Positions 35,201-45,237 of a DNA stretch of 64,000 nt are shown piece by piece. The translations under genes were made by a program, and so were the position numbers. The stretch is from an uncultured Pseudomonadota bacterium. Lineage in GTDB: Bacteria > Pseudomonadota > Gammaproteobacteria > Berkiellales > Berkiellaceae. The stretch spans positions 6,279 through 70,278 of the forward strand of contig CAWHKC010000002.1 in assembly GCA_963829835.1 (NCBI GenBank), written 5' to 3'. Position 1 is the first letter of the stretch; every line of letters starts with the position of its first letter. Under the pieces are notes generated by a model, which did no database searches, was not told the DNA's origin, and was given only the letters and a program-made list of their open reading frames with translations.

Positions 35201-37167
35201 CGGTTGAAACCATCACTTTCAGCTTCTTTATACCAAATATGGTAAAAGGCTTCTTGGAAGATCTCTTTAATTTCATCAACTTTTAATTGAATAGTTGAAT
35301 TAAAAATCATTCCAAAATCATTGATCCAAATCTTTTGACCATTTTTGGGAACAATTTCATGTGGTCTTTCGCTTATCACTCTCAATCCCATCGCTTCTAG
35401 CATGGGTATAATGTCTGATAATGGAATGGAACTTCCTGGGCTATATAATTTAAATCTTAAAACACCTTCAGGCTCATCTAATGGTCTGTAAAAACTCATT
35501 TCAAGAGGATCTGATTCTGAAAGTCGCTCGATGTGTTGAACATCATAAACGGCTGTTCGAACATTAAAATCAGAACGATATCCAACCGGAAAGGCACTCC
35601 GATATTTATGGAATAAACGATTTCCCGCTTCTTCTCCAAAATGATCTAATAAGGCATCTCTCAAATTGTCTTCCCAAGTACGGCCAACTTGAATTAGCTT
35701 TTCTTGAAGCTTAGTTAAATCGTATTCTTTTGCTAAATCATCTTTGAATCTAATGATATAATGAATTCTTGCTAATGTTGATTCAGAGAAACGTGTATCA
35801 AAATCTACCTTATAACCGCCTAATTCTTCCATCAGGATATTTTGAATTTTCTCTCTAAGTCTTGAATTAAATCTTTCCCTAGGTACAAAAACAAGACATG
35901 AAAATATGCGAGTAAAAGAATCTTTTCGAACAAATAAACGGATCCTCTGGCGTTCTTGCAAATGTAGAATACCCATCGATAAATCATACAACTCATCCAC
36001 TGTTGCATGAAAAAAATCATCGCGAGGTAATGTTTCTAAAATGTTAACAATCGATTTACCATCATGACTATCATAGGTGACCCCCGCGCGCTCAAGAATT
36101 TGTTTCACTCTCAGACGTAATAATGGAATACCTTGCGGGGTGCGATTATAAGCCGCTGAAGTGTATAGTCCAATAAATTGATGTTGGCCTATTACTTTAC
36201 CCTTATTATCAAAAATTTTAATAACAATGAAGTCAGTATAGGTTGGTCTATGTACCGTGGAAATTTTATCGGTTTTTCCCAAAATTAAAGGAAAAGGAGA
36301 AACAGCAAACTCTTGTGCTGCTTTTGGCATATCTTGAAAAGCTTCAAAATAATTTTCGCCGTATTTTCGTAAAATACCTAAGCAAGAGGATTTATCGATA
36401 GTTAATTGATATTTACCTTGAGATGTCGTCAGTTTGCGTTGGCAATAGCCAAGATAGGTAAAATGATTTTTATTAATCCACTCTAAAAATTCTATAATTT
36501 CTTCGTCAATTTCTTTCTTGGTACTATTAGCTAAGGCACCCTGACATTCTTCAATGACTGACTCCATCTTTTGAGACATGTTACGCCAATCATTCACCGT
36601 TAAATTGACATCTTCAATAACTTTTTCAATGGATGTTTTTAAATCTTCTAATACCTTAGGATCGCTTTGTTTATCGATTTCGATAAAAATGGGCATTTCG
36701 CTGATAACATTGGATACCGATTCGTGATTCGTAAAGATATTCGTTAAAACGCCTTGCTCATTACGTTCAACTTTTAACCCATTAAGGTGCAAAATTAAAT
36801 AGACGTTTAAGCCATGCTGGTTTAGTAACATTCGAATTGATTCAATTAAAAATGCTCTGTTTTCGTATATGATTTCGATTACAGTATGGGTAGATTGCCA
36901 GCCATGTTGTTCGTATTGTGGATTATAGACCCGGATTTTAGGTTCAAGTGATTTGCGTTGGTGAATAAAATGCCAATGAGAAACGAGCGCACCATAAAGA
37001 TCAATCACTGAGCGCTCCACCAAATCTTCTGGTGCTGCACTTAAGTAATACTGCTTTACAAACGATGTAATCATTTTTGCATCGTCTGCAGGAAGTTTTT
37101 CTTCCACTAGAGCAATGACGCGTTGAATTAGCTCGTCACGTGCTTCTTCTTGCCGGCGCATAGCCAC
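32290..37167 (-). CDS. gdhB: Large NAD-specific glutamate dehydrogenase
   Basis: 1625 aa; [37 protein letters not shown] and EGGNLG motifs. Confidence 0.95.
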   Translation of the reverse strand: [1625 protein letters not shown]

Positions 37168-37411
37168 CCCTTCACTCGTAGTCTATCTCAATTCAAGTAG
37201 TCTAATTTTACAACTTAGGTGTAAGATTAGATACCTCCGTTTGACGGAACAATTTGTGCTTGATGCTACATCATTCTGATAAAATAATGGTCAATATAAA
37301 CACAGTTAAATTTAGTTAACTTATTTTCATTCTTTATATATGTCGGCCAGCGACAGCAAAAACATAGTTTAAATGATAATGGTATAAAATCATCCTTAAT
37401 ATGAGGCTTTT

Positions 37412-38596
37412 ATGCGACTTTTCTTTACCCTTTTACTTGCTGCACTTCTGGTTATTTTATCAGGCTGTGCAAAAAACCCCGTCACAGGACACCATGAACT
37501 TCATTTTGTCAGTACAAAACAAGAAATCAAAATGGGTGAAAAAAACTATTTATATGGACAACAAGCCAGTGGTGGAAAATATACCCTAGATCCCGAACTC
37601 ACCTCCTATGTAAACGAAGTTGGCAAAAAACTCGCGGCGGTGAGTCCTCGCCCGGATCTTCCTTATGAATTTGTGGTGTTAAACGATTCCGTCCCAAATG
37701 CCTGGGCTCTACCGGGTGGTAAAATAGCCATCAATAGAGGGTTACTTATTCACCTTGAGAATGAAGCAGAATTAGCGGCAGTTTTAGGGCATGAAATTAC
37801 GCATGCCGCAGCAAGACATGGCGCTAAATCAATGGAGAGACAAATTATTTTATCAACAGGTTTAGCTGCAACCAATGTCGCACTAGCCACAACAGCTAAA
37901 GATGATACAACCTCAAAACTTGCCACAACTGCTTTGACCAAAGGTGCCGGTGTTGCAGTAGAGATGGTTTCCACAAAATATAGTCGTGAAGCCGAGTTAG
38001 AAGCAGATGCTTATGGTATGAGCACAATGGTAAAAGCGGGATATGATCCAAGCGCGGCAGTCAGTCTCCAAAAAACCTTTGTTCGATTATTTGATAAAAA
38101 ATCCCCAAGTTGGGTTGAAGGATTATTTGCTTCTCATCCGCCTTCTCAAGAACGCGCTGATGCTAATTTTGCTCGTGCCCAATCCATGCCAAAAAATTTA
38201 ACGCTTGGCAAAGAACGTTATCAGCAAAAAATAGCGCATCTTAAACAGCGTGAGCCTGCTTATACCGCTTATGAAAATGGATTGAAAGCCTATAAATCAG
38301 GAGATTTTTCACAAGCTCTGCAATTGGTCAATGACGCTATTTCTAAAGAACCTGCTGAGTCCTTATTCTATGGCTTAAAAGGAGACGTGCTGACCAAGCA
38401 AGACGCCAAAGACAAAGCATTAGAGGCGTATCAAACAGCCATTTCTCACAATGCAGACTATTTCTATTATTTTCATCAACGGGGATTGTTATTAGAAAAA
38501 ATGGGGCGCAAACAAGAAGCCAAAGCAGATTTGCAACATAGTCAACAATTATTGCCAACCGAAACAGCAGATCAACTAATTAAGCAGATTGGATGA
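37412..38596 (+). CDS. M48-family metalloprotease lipoprotein with TPR C-terminus (BepA/YfgC-like)
   Basis: Lipobox LSGC, PNAWALPGG, HEITH zinc motif, YSREAELEAD and SHPP motifs. Confidence 0.9.
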   Translation: MRLFFTLLLAALLVILSGCAKNPVTGHHELHFVSTKQEIKMGEKNYLYGQQASGGKYTLDPELTSYVNEVGKKLAAVSPRPDLPYEFVVLNDSVPNAWALPGGKIAINRGLLIHLENEAELAAVLGHEITHAAARHGAKSMERQIILSTGLAATNVALATTAKDDTTSKLATTALTKGAGVAVEMVSTKYSREAELEADAYGMSTMVKAGYDPSAAVSLQKTFVRLFDKKSPSWVEGLFASHPPSQERADANFARAQSMPKNLTLGKERYQQKIAHLKQREPAYTAYENGLKAYKSGDFSQALQLVNDAISKEPAESLFYGLKGDVLTKQDAKDKALEAYQTAISHNADYFYYFHQRGLLLEKMGRKQEAKADLQHSQQLLPTETADQLIKQIG

Positions 38597-39611
38597 TGTT
38601 AACAACCGCTTTAACCCAATCAGGTTCCGCGTTAAGACAGGGCACCAAGGTAAACTCATTTCCACCCAAATTGCGCCATTGTTCTTTCGCGCGCATGCCA
38701 ATCTCTTCCAATGTTTCTAAACAATCAGCAACAAAAGAGGGACAAGCCACAATCAAATTCCGTTTTTCTTGTTGGATAAATTGTGGCAATGTGTTTTGAA
38801 TATCTGGACCAATCCAAACTGTTCGGCCTAAACGTGATTGAAAAACAACGGTATAGTCCGCTTGTGTTAAACCTAAATGATTGGCTAATAGTCTCGATGT
38901 TTCATAACATTGCGCTCGATAGCAAAAATGATTATTAGCACCAATATTTGCGCATGGTTTACTTTCAAAACAGCTACTTTCACATCCCTGACTACTTTTT
39001 TGGATCTGACGCACTGGCAAGCTATGATAACTGAATACTAAATGGGATTTATCACTTTGTGATAAATAAGGTTTGATCAGGTTTGCTTGCGCTTCAATAT
39101 AACCATTGTCTTCATAGAATTTGTCTTTGACTGTCAGAGCCGTCATATTCCATTTCTGTGCATAAGTGGCAAGCAAGCTTTCAATGGCGGACCCACTGGC
39201 TGCACTGGAGTACTGTGGGAATAAGGGTAATGCCATTATTTCTTTACATCCTGCTTGTAAGCATTTTTCAAGTGCAGATGAAATACTGGGGTTACCATAG
39301 CGCATGCCACATTCCACAACATAGCTATCACCTAATAACGTTTGAACTTCTTTTGCAAGGCTAAGGCTATTAAACAATAAAGGAGAACCTTTTTCTTTAT
39401 CCCATATGGCAGCATAAGCAGCCGCTGATTTTTTCGGTCTAAAAGGTAAAATGAATAGATGTAGTAATACTTTGCGCATTAGCCATGGCAAATCAATGAC
39501 CCGAGGATCATCCAGAAAAACTTTAAGGTATCTTCTCACCGAAGCTTTATCTGCTTTATCGGGCGTACCCAAATTAATGAGCAAGACACCCCTTTTTGCT
39601 TTATCCATCAT
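38580..39611 (-). CDS. hemH: Ferrochelatase
   Basis: LINLGTP, MRYGNP, LFPQYS, FSYHSLP, FQSRLG and FVADCLETLEEI motifs. Confidence 0.94.
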   Translation of the reverse strand: MMDKAKRGVLLINLGTPDKADKASVRRYLKVFLDDPRVIDLPWLMRKVLLHLFILPFRPKKSAAAYAAIWDKEKGSPLLFNSLSLAKEVQTLLGDSYVVECGMRYGNPSISSALEKCLQAGCKEIMALPLFPQYSSAASGSAIESLLATYAQKWNMTALTVKDKFYEDNGYIEAQANLIKPYLSQSDKSHLVFSYHSLPVRQIQKSSQGCESSCFESKPCANIGANNHFCYRAQCYETSRLLANHLGLTQADYTVVFQSRLGRTVWIGPDIQNTLPQFIQQEKRNLIVACPSFVADCLETLEEIGMRAKEQWRNLGGNEFTLVPCLNAEPDWVKAVVNIIQSA

Positions 39612-39661
39612 GAACCTTTTGAGATAATAGCTATTACTAAACAAAAATTGAGTTAAATAGC

Positions 39662-40927
39662 TTGCAAACTGTGAATACCGACCCTATTGTAACTGCTATT
39701 AGCGAAAAGCCTCAACCACCTTCTGTGTTGATAATCATTTTATTGATGATCCCTTTTGTACTTCCCTTAGGGTTAGCGCTAGATCTGTATTTGCCGTCTG
39801 TCCCTTCTATGGCTACGGCTTTAGAAACTAATGCCGTAAATATTCAACTCACACTAACCGTTTTTATGTATTGCTTTGGTTTTGGACAACTAATTGTTGG
39901 CCCGATTACAGATAGATTTGGAAGGCTACGCATTTTATTAGCGAGCATTGTGCTATTTACCATTGGCAGTATCATTTGCACCACCGCAGACACAATGAGC
40001 GTGCTCTTAACTGGGAGGATCTTACAAGCCTTTGGTGCTTGTGGATCGCAAGTGGTTGCCTTTGCTATGGTGCGCGATCAATACGACGGCAAAAACGCGA
40101 CCTTGATTTTTACTTCTTTAAAAGGTGCCATGGCAATTGCGCCAATTGGAGCACCTGTTCTAGGAGCATTTTTACAGATCTATTATGGATGGCAGGCCAA
40201 TTTTGCTGTGTTAAGTCTTTATGGCTTAGGTGCTCTGTTACTGGCCTTCTTCTTTTTAAAAGAAACAAAACCAAAGGCAACGATTGATCAGCAAGTCGCG
40301 AATCGTTTCTTTGGTAAATACATTAAGCCTTATAAAGCTATTCTTTCAAATCCTGAGTTTCTTTATTTTGGTGCTTGTGGTTTAGCCACTCAAGCCGCTA
40401 TGTTTGGTTATTTTTCGCTTTCACCACGTTATTTTATATTGCTACATGGGTTATCTGAATCGCAATTTGCGATGCTCTTTAGCGCCAATGCCGTTGCTTT
40501 TTTGCTAACCAGTATTGTGGCCGGCAAATTTATTTACCGGCTTGGTTTCAAAAAAAGCACCTTGATTGGCGCCTTGATGCTGATTATCAGCGGCGCTTGT
40601 ATGGTATGCGGTGATTATTCATCTGATCATTATTTTGTCTTATTTTTACCCAATCTTATTGCTAGCAGCAGTGCCGCCTTGATGTTAGGCGCCAGTGCAT
40701 CTGGTGCCATGATGCCGTTTAAACAAAATGCCGGAGCAGCAGCGGCAATGTTTGGCTGCATGGAATTCATTGGCGGTGGTTTTGTTGGCTCTACCGTCAT
40801 TAGAAATAATACGATTTCTGTTATTCCTTTAGCTGTTTGCTTGATAGCACTTGGAATAGGTATTGTTTTAGCAAATATCTGTTTACAAAAAGTGTCATCC
40901 AGACACAAACCTTCCTATCTAGTCTAA
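39662..40927 (+). CDS. Bcr/CflA-family MFS efflux transporter
   Basis: DLYLPSVP, GPITDRFGR and GRILQAFG motifs; about 12 TM segments. Confidence 0.88.
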   Translation: MQTVNTDPIVTAISEKPQPPSVLIIILLMIPFVLPLGLALDLYLPSVPSMATALETNAVNIQLTLTVFMYCFGFGQLIVGPITDRFGRLRILLASIVLFTIGSIICTTADTMSVLLTGRILQAFGACGSQVVAFAMVRDQYDGKNATLIFTSLKGAMAIAPIGAPVLGAFLQIYYGWQANFAVLSLYGLGALLLAFFFLKETKPKATIDQQVANRFFGKYIKPYKAILSNPEFLYFGACGLATQAAMFGYFSLSPRYFILLHGLSESQFAMLFSANAVAFLLTSIVAGKFIYRLGFKKSTLIGALMLIISGACMVCGDYSSDHYFVLFLPNLIASSSAALMLGASASGAMMPFKQNAGAAAAMFGCMEFIGGGFVGSTVIRNNTISVIPLAVCLIALGIGIVLANICLQKVSSRHKPSYLV

Positions 40928-41034
40928 TAAGTAATACTTATCCAGTAGTGCTATTAAGAAATATTCATAAGCTGTCGATTATTGATTGAATAATTTTTCT
41001 GATCTTGCCTTGCGCTTATTCCAAGGGTGAAACA

Positions 41035-43545
41035 ATGAACAAAATTCGCACTTCACACTTTTTAATAGCACTTTTTACTATTACCCCATTTTTATGTGGT
41101 GCTGCCAATGAAATTCAAACAACCGGCACACCAGGTTCACCTAGCGCAACAACCACCATTGACGGGCAAAAGATACCTTCTGATCCACAACCATTCAAAG
41201 GTAAAATAGAGCGCAATGAAGATAAATCAACACCTTTTTGGCCTGCCCGAATTGTACCTCCAAAAGGTGCACCCAATGTTTTATTAATAATGACAGATGA
41301 TGTGGGATTTGGTGCTCCTTCCACTTTTGGTGGTGTAATCCCAACACCTGCAATGGATCGTATCGCCAAAATGGGTTTGCGTTATACACAATTCCATTCA
41401 ACAGCACTTTGTTCTCCAACGCGCGCGGCTCTTATCACTGGACGAAATCATCATTCTGCTGGGTTTGGTGTTGTCTCAGAGCAATCGACAGGATATCCTG
41501 GTTATGATTCTATTATTACACGCGACAAGTCGACCATTGGGCGGATCCTGAAGGATAATGGTTATTCGACCTCCTGGTTTGGCAAAAACCACAATACGCC
41601 GACTTTTCAGTCCAGCCAAGCAGGACCATTTGATCAATGGCCAGTTGGAATGGGATTTGATTACTTCTATGGTTTTGTCGGCGGTGATAGCAGCCAGTGG
41701 CAACCAAATCTTTTTCGTAATACCACAGCAATCTATCCTTATATCGATAAACCAGAGTGGAATTTGATCACAGCAATGGCTGATGATGCCATCGAATACA
41801 TGAAACGCATTACAGCAATTGATCCTGAACAACCGTTCTTCGTTTACTATGTACCTGGTGCAACACACGCCCCACATCATCCAACACCAGAGTGGATCAA
41901 TAAGATTAGCGATATGCACTTGTTTGACAAGGGATGGAATGCACTGCGCGATGAGATTTTTGCCAATCAGAAAAAGCTCGGCGTGATCCCTCAAGATGCA
42001 AAATTGACACCATGGCCTGATAACTTGCTGAAGAAGTGGGATCAGTTAACACCAGATGAACAAAAGCTATTTATTCGTCAAGCCAATGTATACGCAGCCT
42101 ATCTTGCCTATGCCGATCACGAGATTGGTCGTGTGATCCAAGCCGTTGAAGATCTAGGCCAACTTGATAACACGCTTATTATTTATATTAGCGGTGACAA
42201 TGGCGGTTCCGCTGAAGGATCAATGAACGGTACTCCAAATGAAATAGCGATTTTTAATGGGGTTGATGTCCCGGTCCAAGCGCAATTAACAGCCTTTTAT
42301 GAAATATGGGGTTCAGATAAAACTTATCCCCACATGGCAGTGCCATGGACATGGGCGTTTAGTACCCCATTTTCCTGGACTAAACAGATTGCCTCTCATT
42401 TCGGAGGAATCAGACAAGGCGTTGCAATTGCTTGGCCTAAAGTGATTAAAGACAAAGGCGGTATTCGTAATCAATTCCACCATGTCATCGACATTGTGCC
42501 AACTATCCTTGAAGCGACTGGCATTGCAGCCCCCAAAGTCGTCGATGGTATTGCTCAAAAGCCGATTGAAGGTGTCAGTCTGATGTATACCTTTGATGCT
42601 AAAAATGCCAATGCACCATCAGAGCACCATACGCAATATTTTGAGATGATGGGAGATCATGCTATCTATCATGATGGCTGGATTGCGAGCACAAAAGTGA
42701 TGAGACCACCATGGGATGTCTTAGGATCAGTGAGTGAGGATCCTGCCAGTTTCCCTTATGAACTGTATGATCTCACAAACGATTGGACACAATATGAAAA
42801 TGTAGCAGCCAAGTATCCAGATAAAGTGAAAGAATTAGATAAGCTGTTTTGGAGTGAAGCAAAAAAATACCAAGTGTTGCCACTTGATGCCACCGTTGCA
42901 ACACGTATTGTTTCACCACGTCCTAGTCTGAGTGCTGGTCGTACCCAGTTCGCTTGGTCAGGTGTCATCACTGGGACACCTAATGGTGTTGCACCTTCAA
43001 TTCTTAATACGTCGTACAATTTCAAAGCAGATGTTGAAATCCCTCAAGGAAATGCTGAGGGTATGATAGTGACACAAGGCGGTCGCTTCGCGGGATATGG
43101 ATTTTACATTCTTAAAGGAAAACCTGTATTTTTATGGAATTTGTTCGGACTCAAAGCAGTACGTTGGGAAAGTCCAGGCGTATTGGCACCTGGTCATCAT
43201 ACCCTAGAATTTGATTTTAAATACGATGGTCTAGGTGCTGGGACACTCGCTTATAATAACCTGAGTGGTATTGGTCGAGGCGGCGTGGGTGTAATGAAAG
43301 TTGATGGAAAGGAAGTGGTAAACCAAAAGATGGAGCACACTATTCCTATTATTCTTCAGTTCGATGAAAACTTCGATATAGGTGCAGATACAGGAACACC
43401 CGTCAGTGAAGAATACAAAATACCTTTTAATTTCACAGGTAAAATCAATAAGCTAACATTGACAATCGATAGACCAAAGTTGTCTGAAAAAGACATCAAT
43501 GAACTGATGACTAAAGGACAACGTAATAACCAAAAGAGCGAGTAG
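41035..43545 (+). CDS. Arylsulfatase (Cys-type) with C-terminal beta-sandwich extension
   Basis: PNVLLIMTDDVG, CSPTR (CxPxR formylglycine motif), FGKNH and SGDNG motifs; signal peptide. Confidence 0.92.
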   Translation: MNKIRTSHFLIALFTITPFLCGAANEIQTTGTPGSPSATTTIDGQKIPSDPQPFKGKIERNEDKSTPFWPARIVPPKGAPNVLLIMTDDVGFGAPSTFGGVIPTPAMDRIAKMGLRYTQFHSTALCSPTRAALITGRNHHSAGFGVVSEQSTGYPGYDSIITRDKSTIGRILKDNGYSTSWFGKNHNTPTFQSSQAGPFDQWPVGMGFDYFYGFVGGDSSQWQPNLFRNTTAIYPYIDKPEWNLITAMADDAIEYMKRITAIDPEQPFFVYYVPGATHAPHHPTPEWINKISDMHLFDKGWNALRDEIFANQKKLGVIPQDAKLTPWPDNLLKKWDQLTPDEQKLFIRQANVYAAYLAYADHEIGRVIQAVEDLGQLDNTLIIYISGDNGGSAEGSMNGTPNEIAIFNGVDVPVQAQLTAFYEIWGSDKTYPHMAVPWTWAFSTPFSWTKQIASHFGGIRQGVAIAWPKVIKDKGGIRNQFHHVIDIVPTILEATGIAAPKVVDGIAQKPIEGVSLMYTFDAKNANAPSEHHTQYFEMMGDHAIYHDGWIASTKVMRPPWDVLGSVSEDPASFPYELYDLTNDWTQYENVAAKYPDKVKELDKLFWSEAKKYQVLPLDATVATRIVSPRPSLSAGRTQFAWSGVITGTPNGVAPSILNTSYNFKADVEIPQGNAEGMIVTQGGRFAGYGFYILKGKPVFLWNLFGLKAVRWESPGVLAPGHHTLEFDFKYDGLGAGTLAYNNLSGIGRGGVGVMKVDGKEVVNQKMEHTIPIILQFDENFDIGADTGTPVSEEYKIPFNFTGKINKLTLTIDRPKLSEKDINELMTKGQRNNQKSE

Positions 43546-43692
43546 TTTAAATTTATTAAGAAAAACTCATTCTTGCCACCAATATGTCAGCTATATTTAT
43601 CATTTTGGTGGCTAAGATTCTTTTCATAGGCTTAAAATTCATCAATAATTTTGTTATTATGCTACCTATCCAAGACTAATAGACCCAAAAGC

Positions 43693-45237
43693 ATGATACA
43701 ATTTAATAGCAATCTCGATGAACAAACCCTCTTAAAAAACACTAATACTTTGATGCATTTCTTGGACACACCAAGTAGTGCAAGGTACTTGTCACTCAAT
43801 AAAGCAAATGAGATTGTTGTTAATCAGGTTCGGAGTTCTCCCAGACGGCCAATGCATCCCAGAATTGATTTCCCTCTCCCCAAAAAATTACTTTTATGGC
43901 ACTGGTCTCAACTAGAACCTTATATTAGAAAGCGCTTTCAAGAGATTGCTGAAATTCCTTGCACAAATCTACAGACCTATTATTCACTCAATCATACGAT
44001 GCAAGGCTTACGATTTTTGTGCAGCCAATTTGTCTCTCAGATGCAAGCCATTAATCGTCCATCTGTATTTTCAAAAAATAAACGCTCAAAACAAGTAGAT
44101 ATGAATTGGGAGAAGGTCAAGAAAGATGCAGATCTTCTTCTACTTCATATGGGTGCATCTCAAAAACTTAAACTAGTTCAAATTGTAGATGTAATCGATT
44201 TTCACTTCCAAATAGATCCCGTTAATGGAGTACAGGGTGGTGTAACAACTCAGCCAACATTCATGCCACGCAATTTTGAAGTAACTCAAAGACCATCGAA
44301 CGCAAGTTCAATTACAATTAAAGCAAACTTCAGGGTACGTTTTGATTCAGAGCCAATACCTACACAAGCTCATATTTCAGATTATCTTACATTCAAGTTT
44401 TTCCACGCAGCAAACATGCTGCCAGCATTATTGAGCGCTTATCCAGCTTGGGTGCCTGAAGGAAAGCTTTATCCAGCTTTGCTACAAAAAGATCTACAAG
44501 AATGTCCTTTTGGTCCAACACAAACAGTCTCTTCCTATTTTAAGAAACAGCGCTCTGGCGTCATTGGCTTTCAAAGAGCTGATTTGATTGTTACAATGGT
44601 TGGCATTTTTGATCGCTTCCAATCCAGAACATTACTTCCCTTCTTTCAATGTATGGTAGAACTTGGATTCGTTCAGGAATTTAATAGAATCGTTTTCTAT
44701 GCACCCAATGACTTTTCTTGCAAAGCCAGAGCTTTCGGATTTTTTACGCAAGATGTTCAACGACCCACAATAATAGAACAAAACAATGCTGTTATCGACG
44801 CTTTTGTCAAACAAAAAACTGTTGCTCTTGCAGATGAAAATTTCATACAAGAAGACGCTCAAGGCGAAGCCTTATTGCGTCCACATTATTTTGATATGAC
44901 TCAAATATCACAGCCTTGTGTTTTTTTAACAGAAGAAAAGTTAATAACTTCTTATGTTGAATTAATGCGAACCTCAAAATTACTAGATGATGAGAAAAAT
45001 CCTCAAGGGGTATTTCCAGAGCGTTACCAAATTCCTTTTTTACCCCATCACTTCTCGTTTGCTGCGATTAAGAATAGAGAAATAACAGGAAGATTAAATT
45101 CACGCGGTATGGCATTTGGTAGTGAAAAACTCGATTTCAATGCATTGAAAGATGATAAAGCTTTACAAGCTGTTGGAGAGATGAGTTCATTAAATGAGCC
45201 TGGTCAAGAATTGATTAGGTTTTGTAGGGGGGTGTAA
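43693..45237 (+). CDS. Hypothetical protein (candidate effector)
   Basis: Long ORF (track start 43651, ATG at 43693); no family recognised; last codons lie within the repeat at 45224. Confidence 0.75.
   Translation: MIQFNSNLDEQTLLKNTNTLMHFLDTPSSARYLSLNKANEIVVNQVRSSPRRPMHPRIDFPLPKKLLLWHWSQLEPYIRKRFQEIAEIPCTNLQTYYSLNHTMQGLRFLCSQFVSQMQAINRPSVFSKNKRSKQVDMNWEKVKKDADLLLLHMGASQKLKLVQIVDVIDFHFQIDPVNGVQGGVTTQPTFMPRNFEVTQRPSNASSITIKANFRVRFDSEPIPTQAHISDYLTFKFFHAANMLPALLSAYPAWVPEGKLYPALLQKDLQECPFGPTQTVSSYFKKQRSGVIGFQRADLIVTMVGIFDRFQSRTLLPFFQCMVELGFVQEFNRIVFYAPNDFSCKARAFGFFTQDVQRPTIIEQNNAVIDAFVKQKTVALADENFIQEDAQGEALLRPHYFDMTQISQPCVFLTEEKLITSYVELMRTSKLLDDEKNPQGVFPERYQIPFLPHHFSFAAIKNREITGRLNSRGMAFGSEKLDFNALKDDKALQAVGEMSSLNEPGQELIRFCRGV

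Noticed and set aside
41476-41994. 172-aa antisense ORF inside the sulfatase
   Set aside because: Antisense open frame typical of stop-poor coding sequence; no independent features.
45223-45237. C-terminal CRGV as a CaaX prenylation motif
   Set aside because: Arg and Gly are poor 'aa' residues and the codons derive from the adjacent repeat; not supported without an assay.
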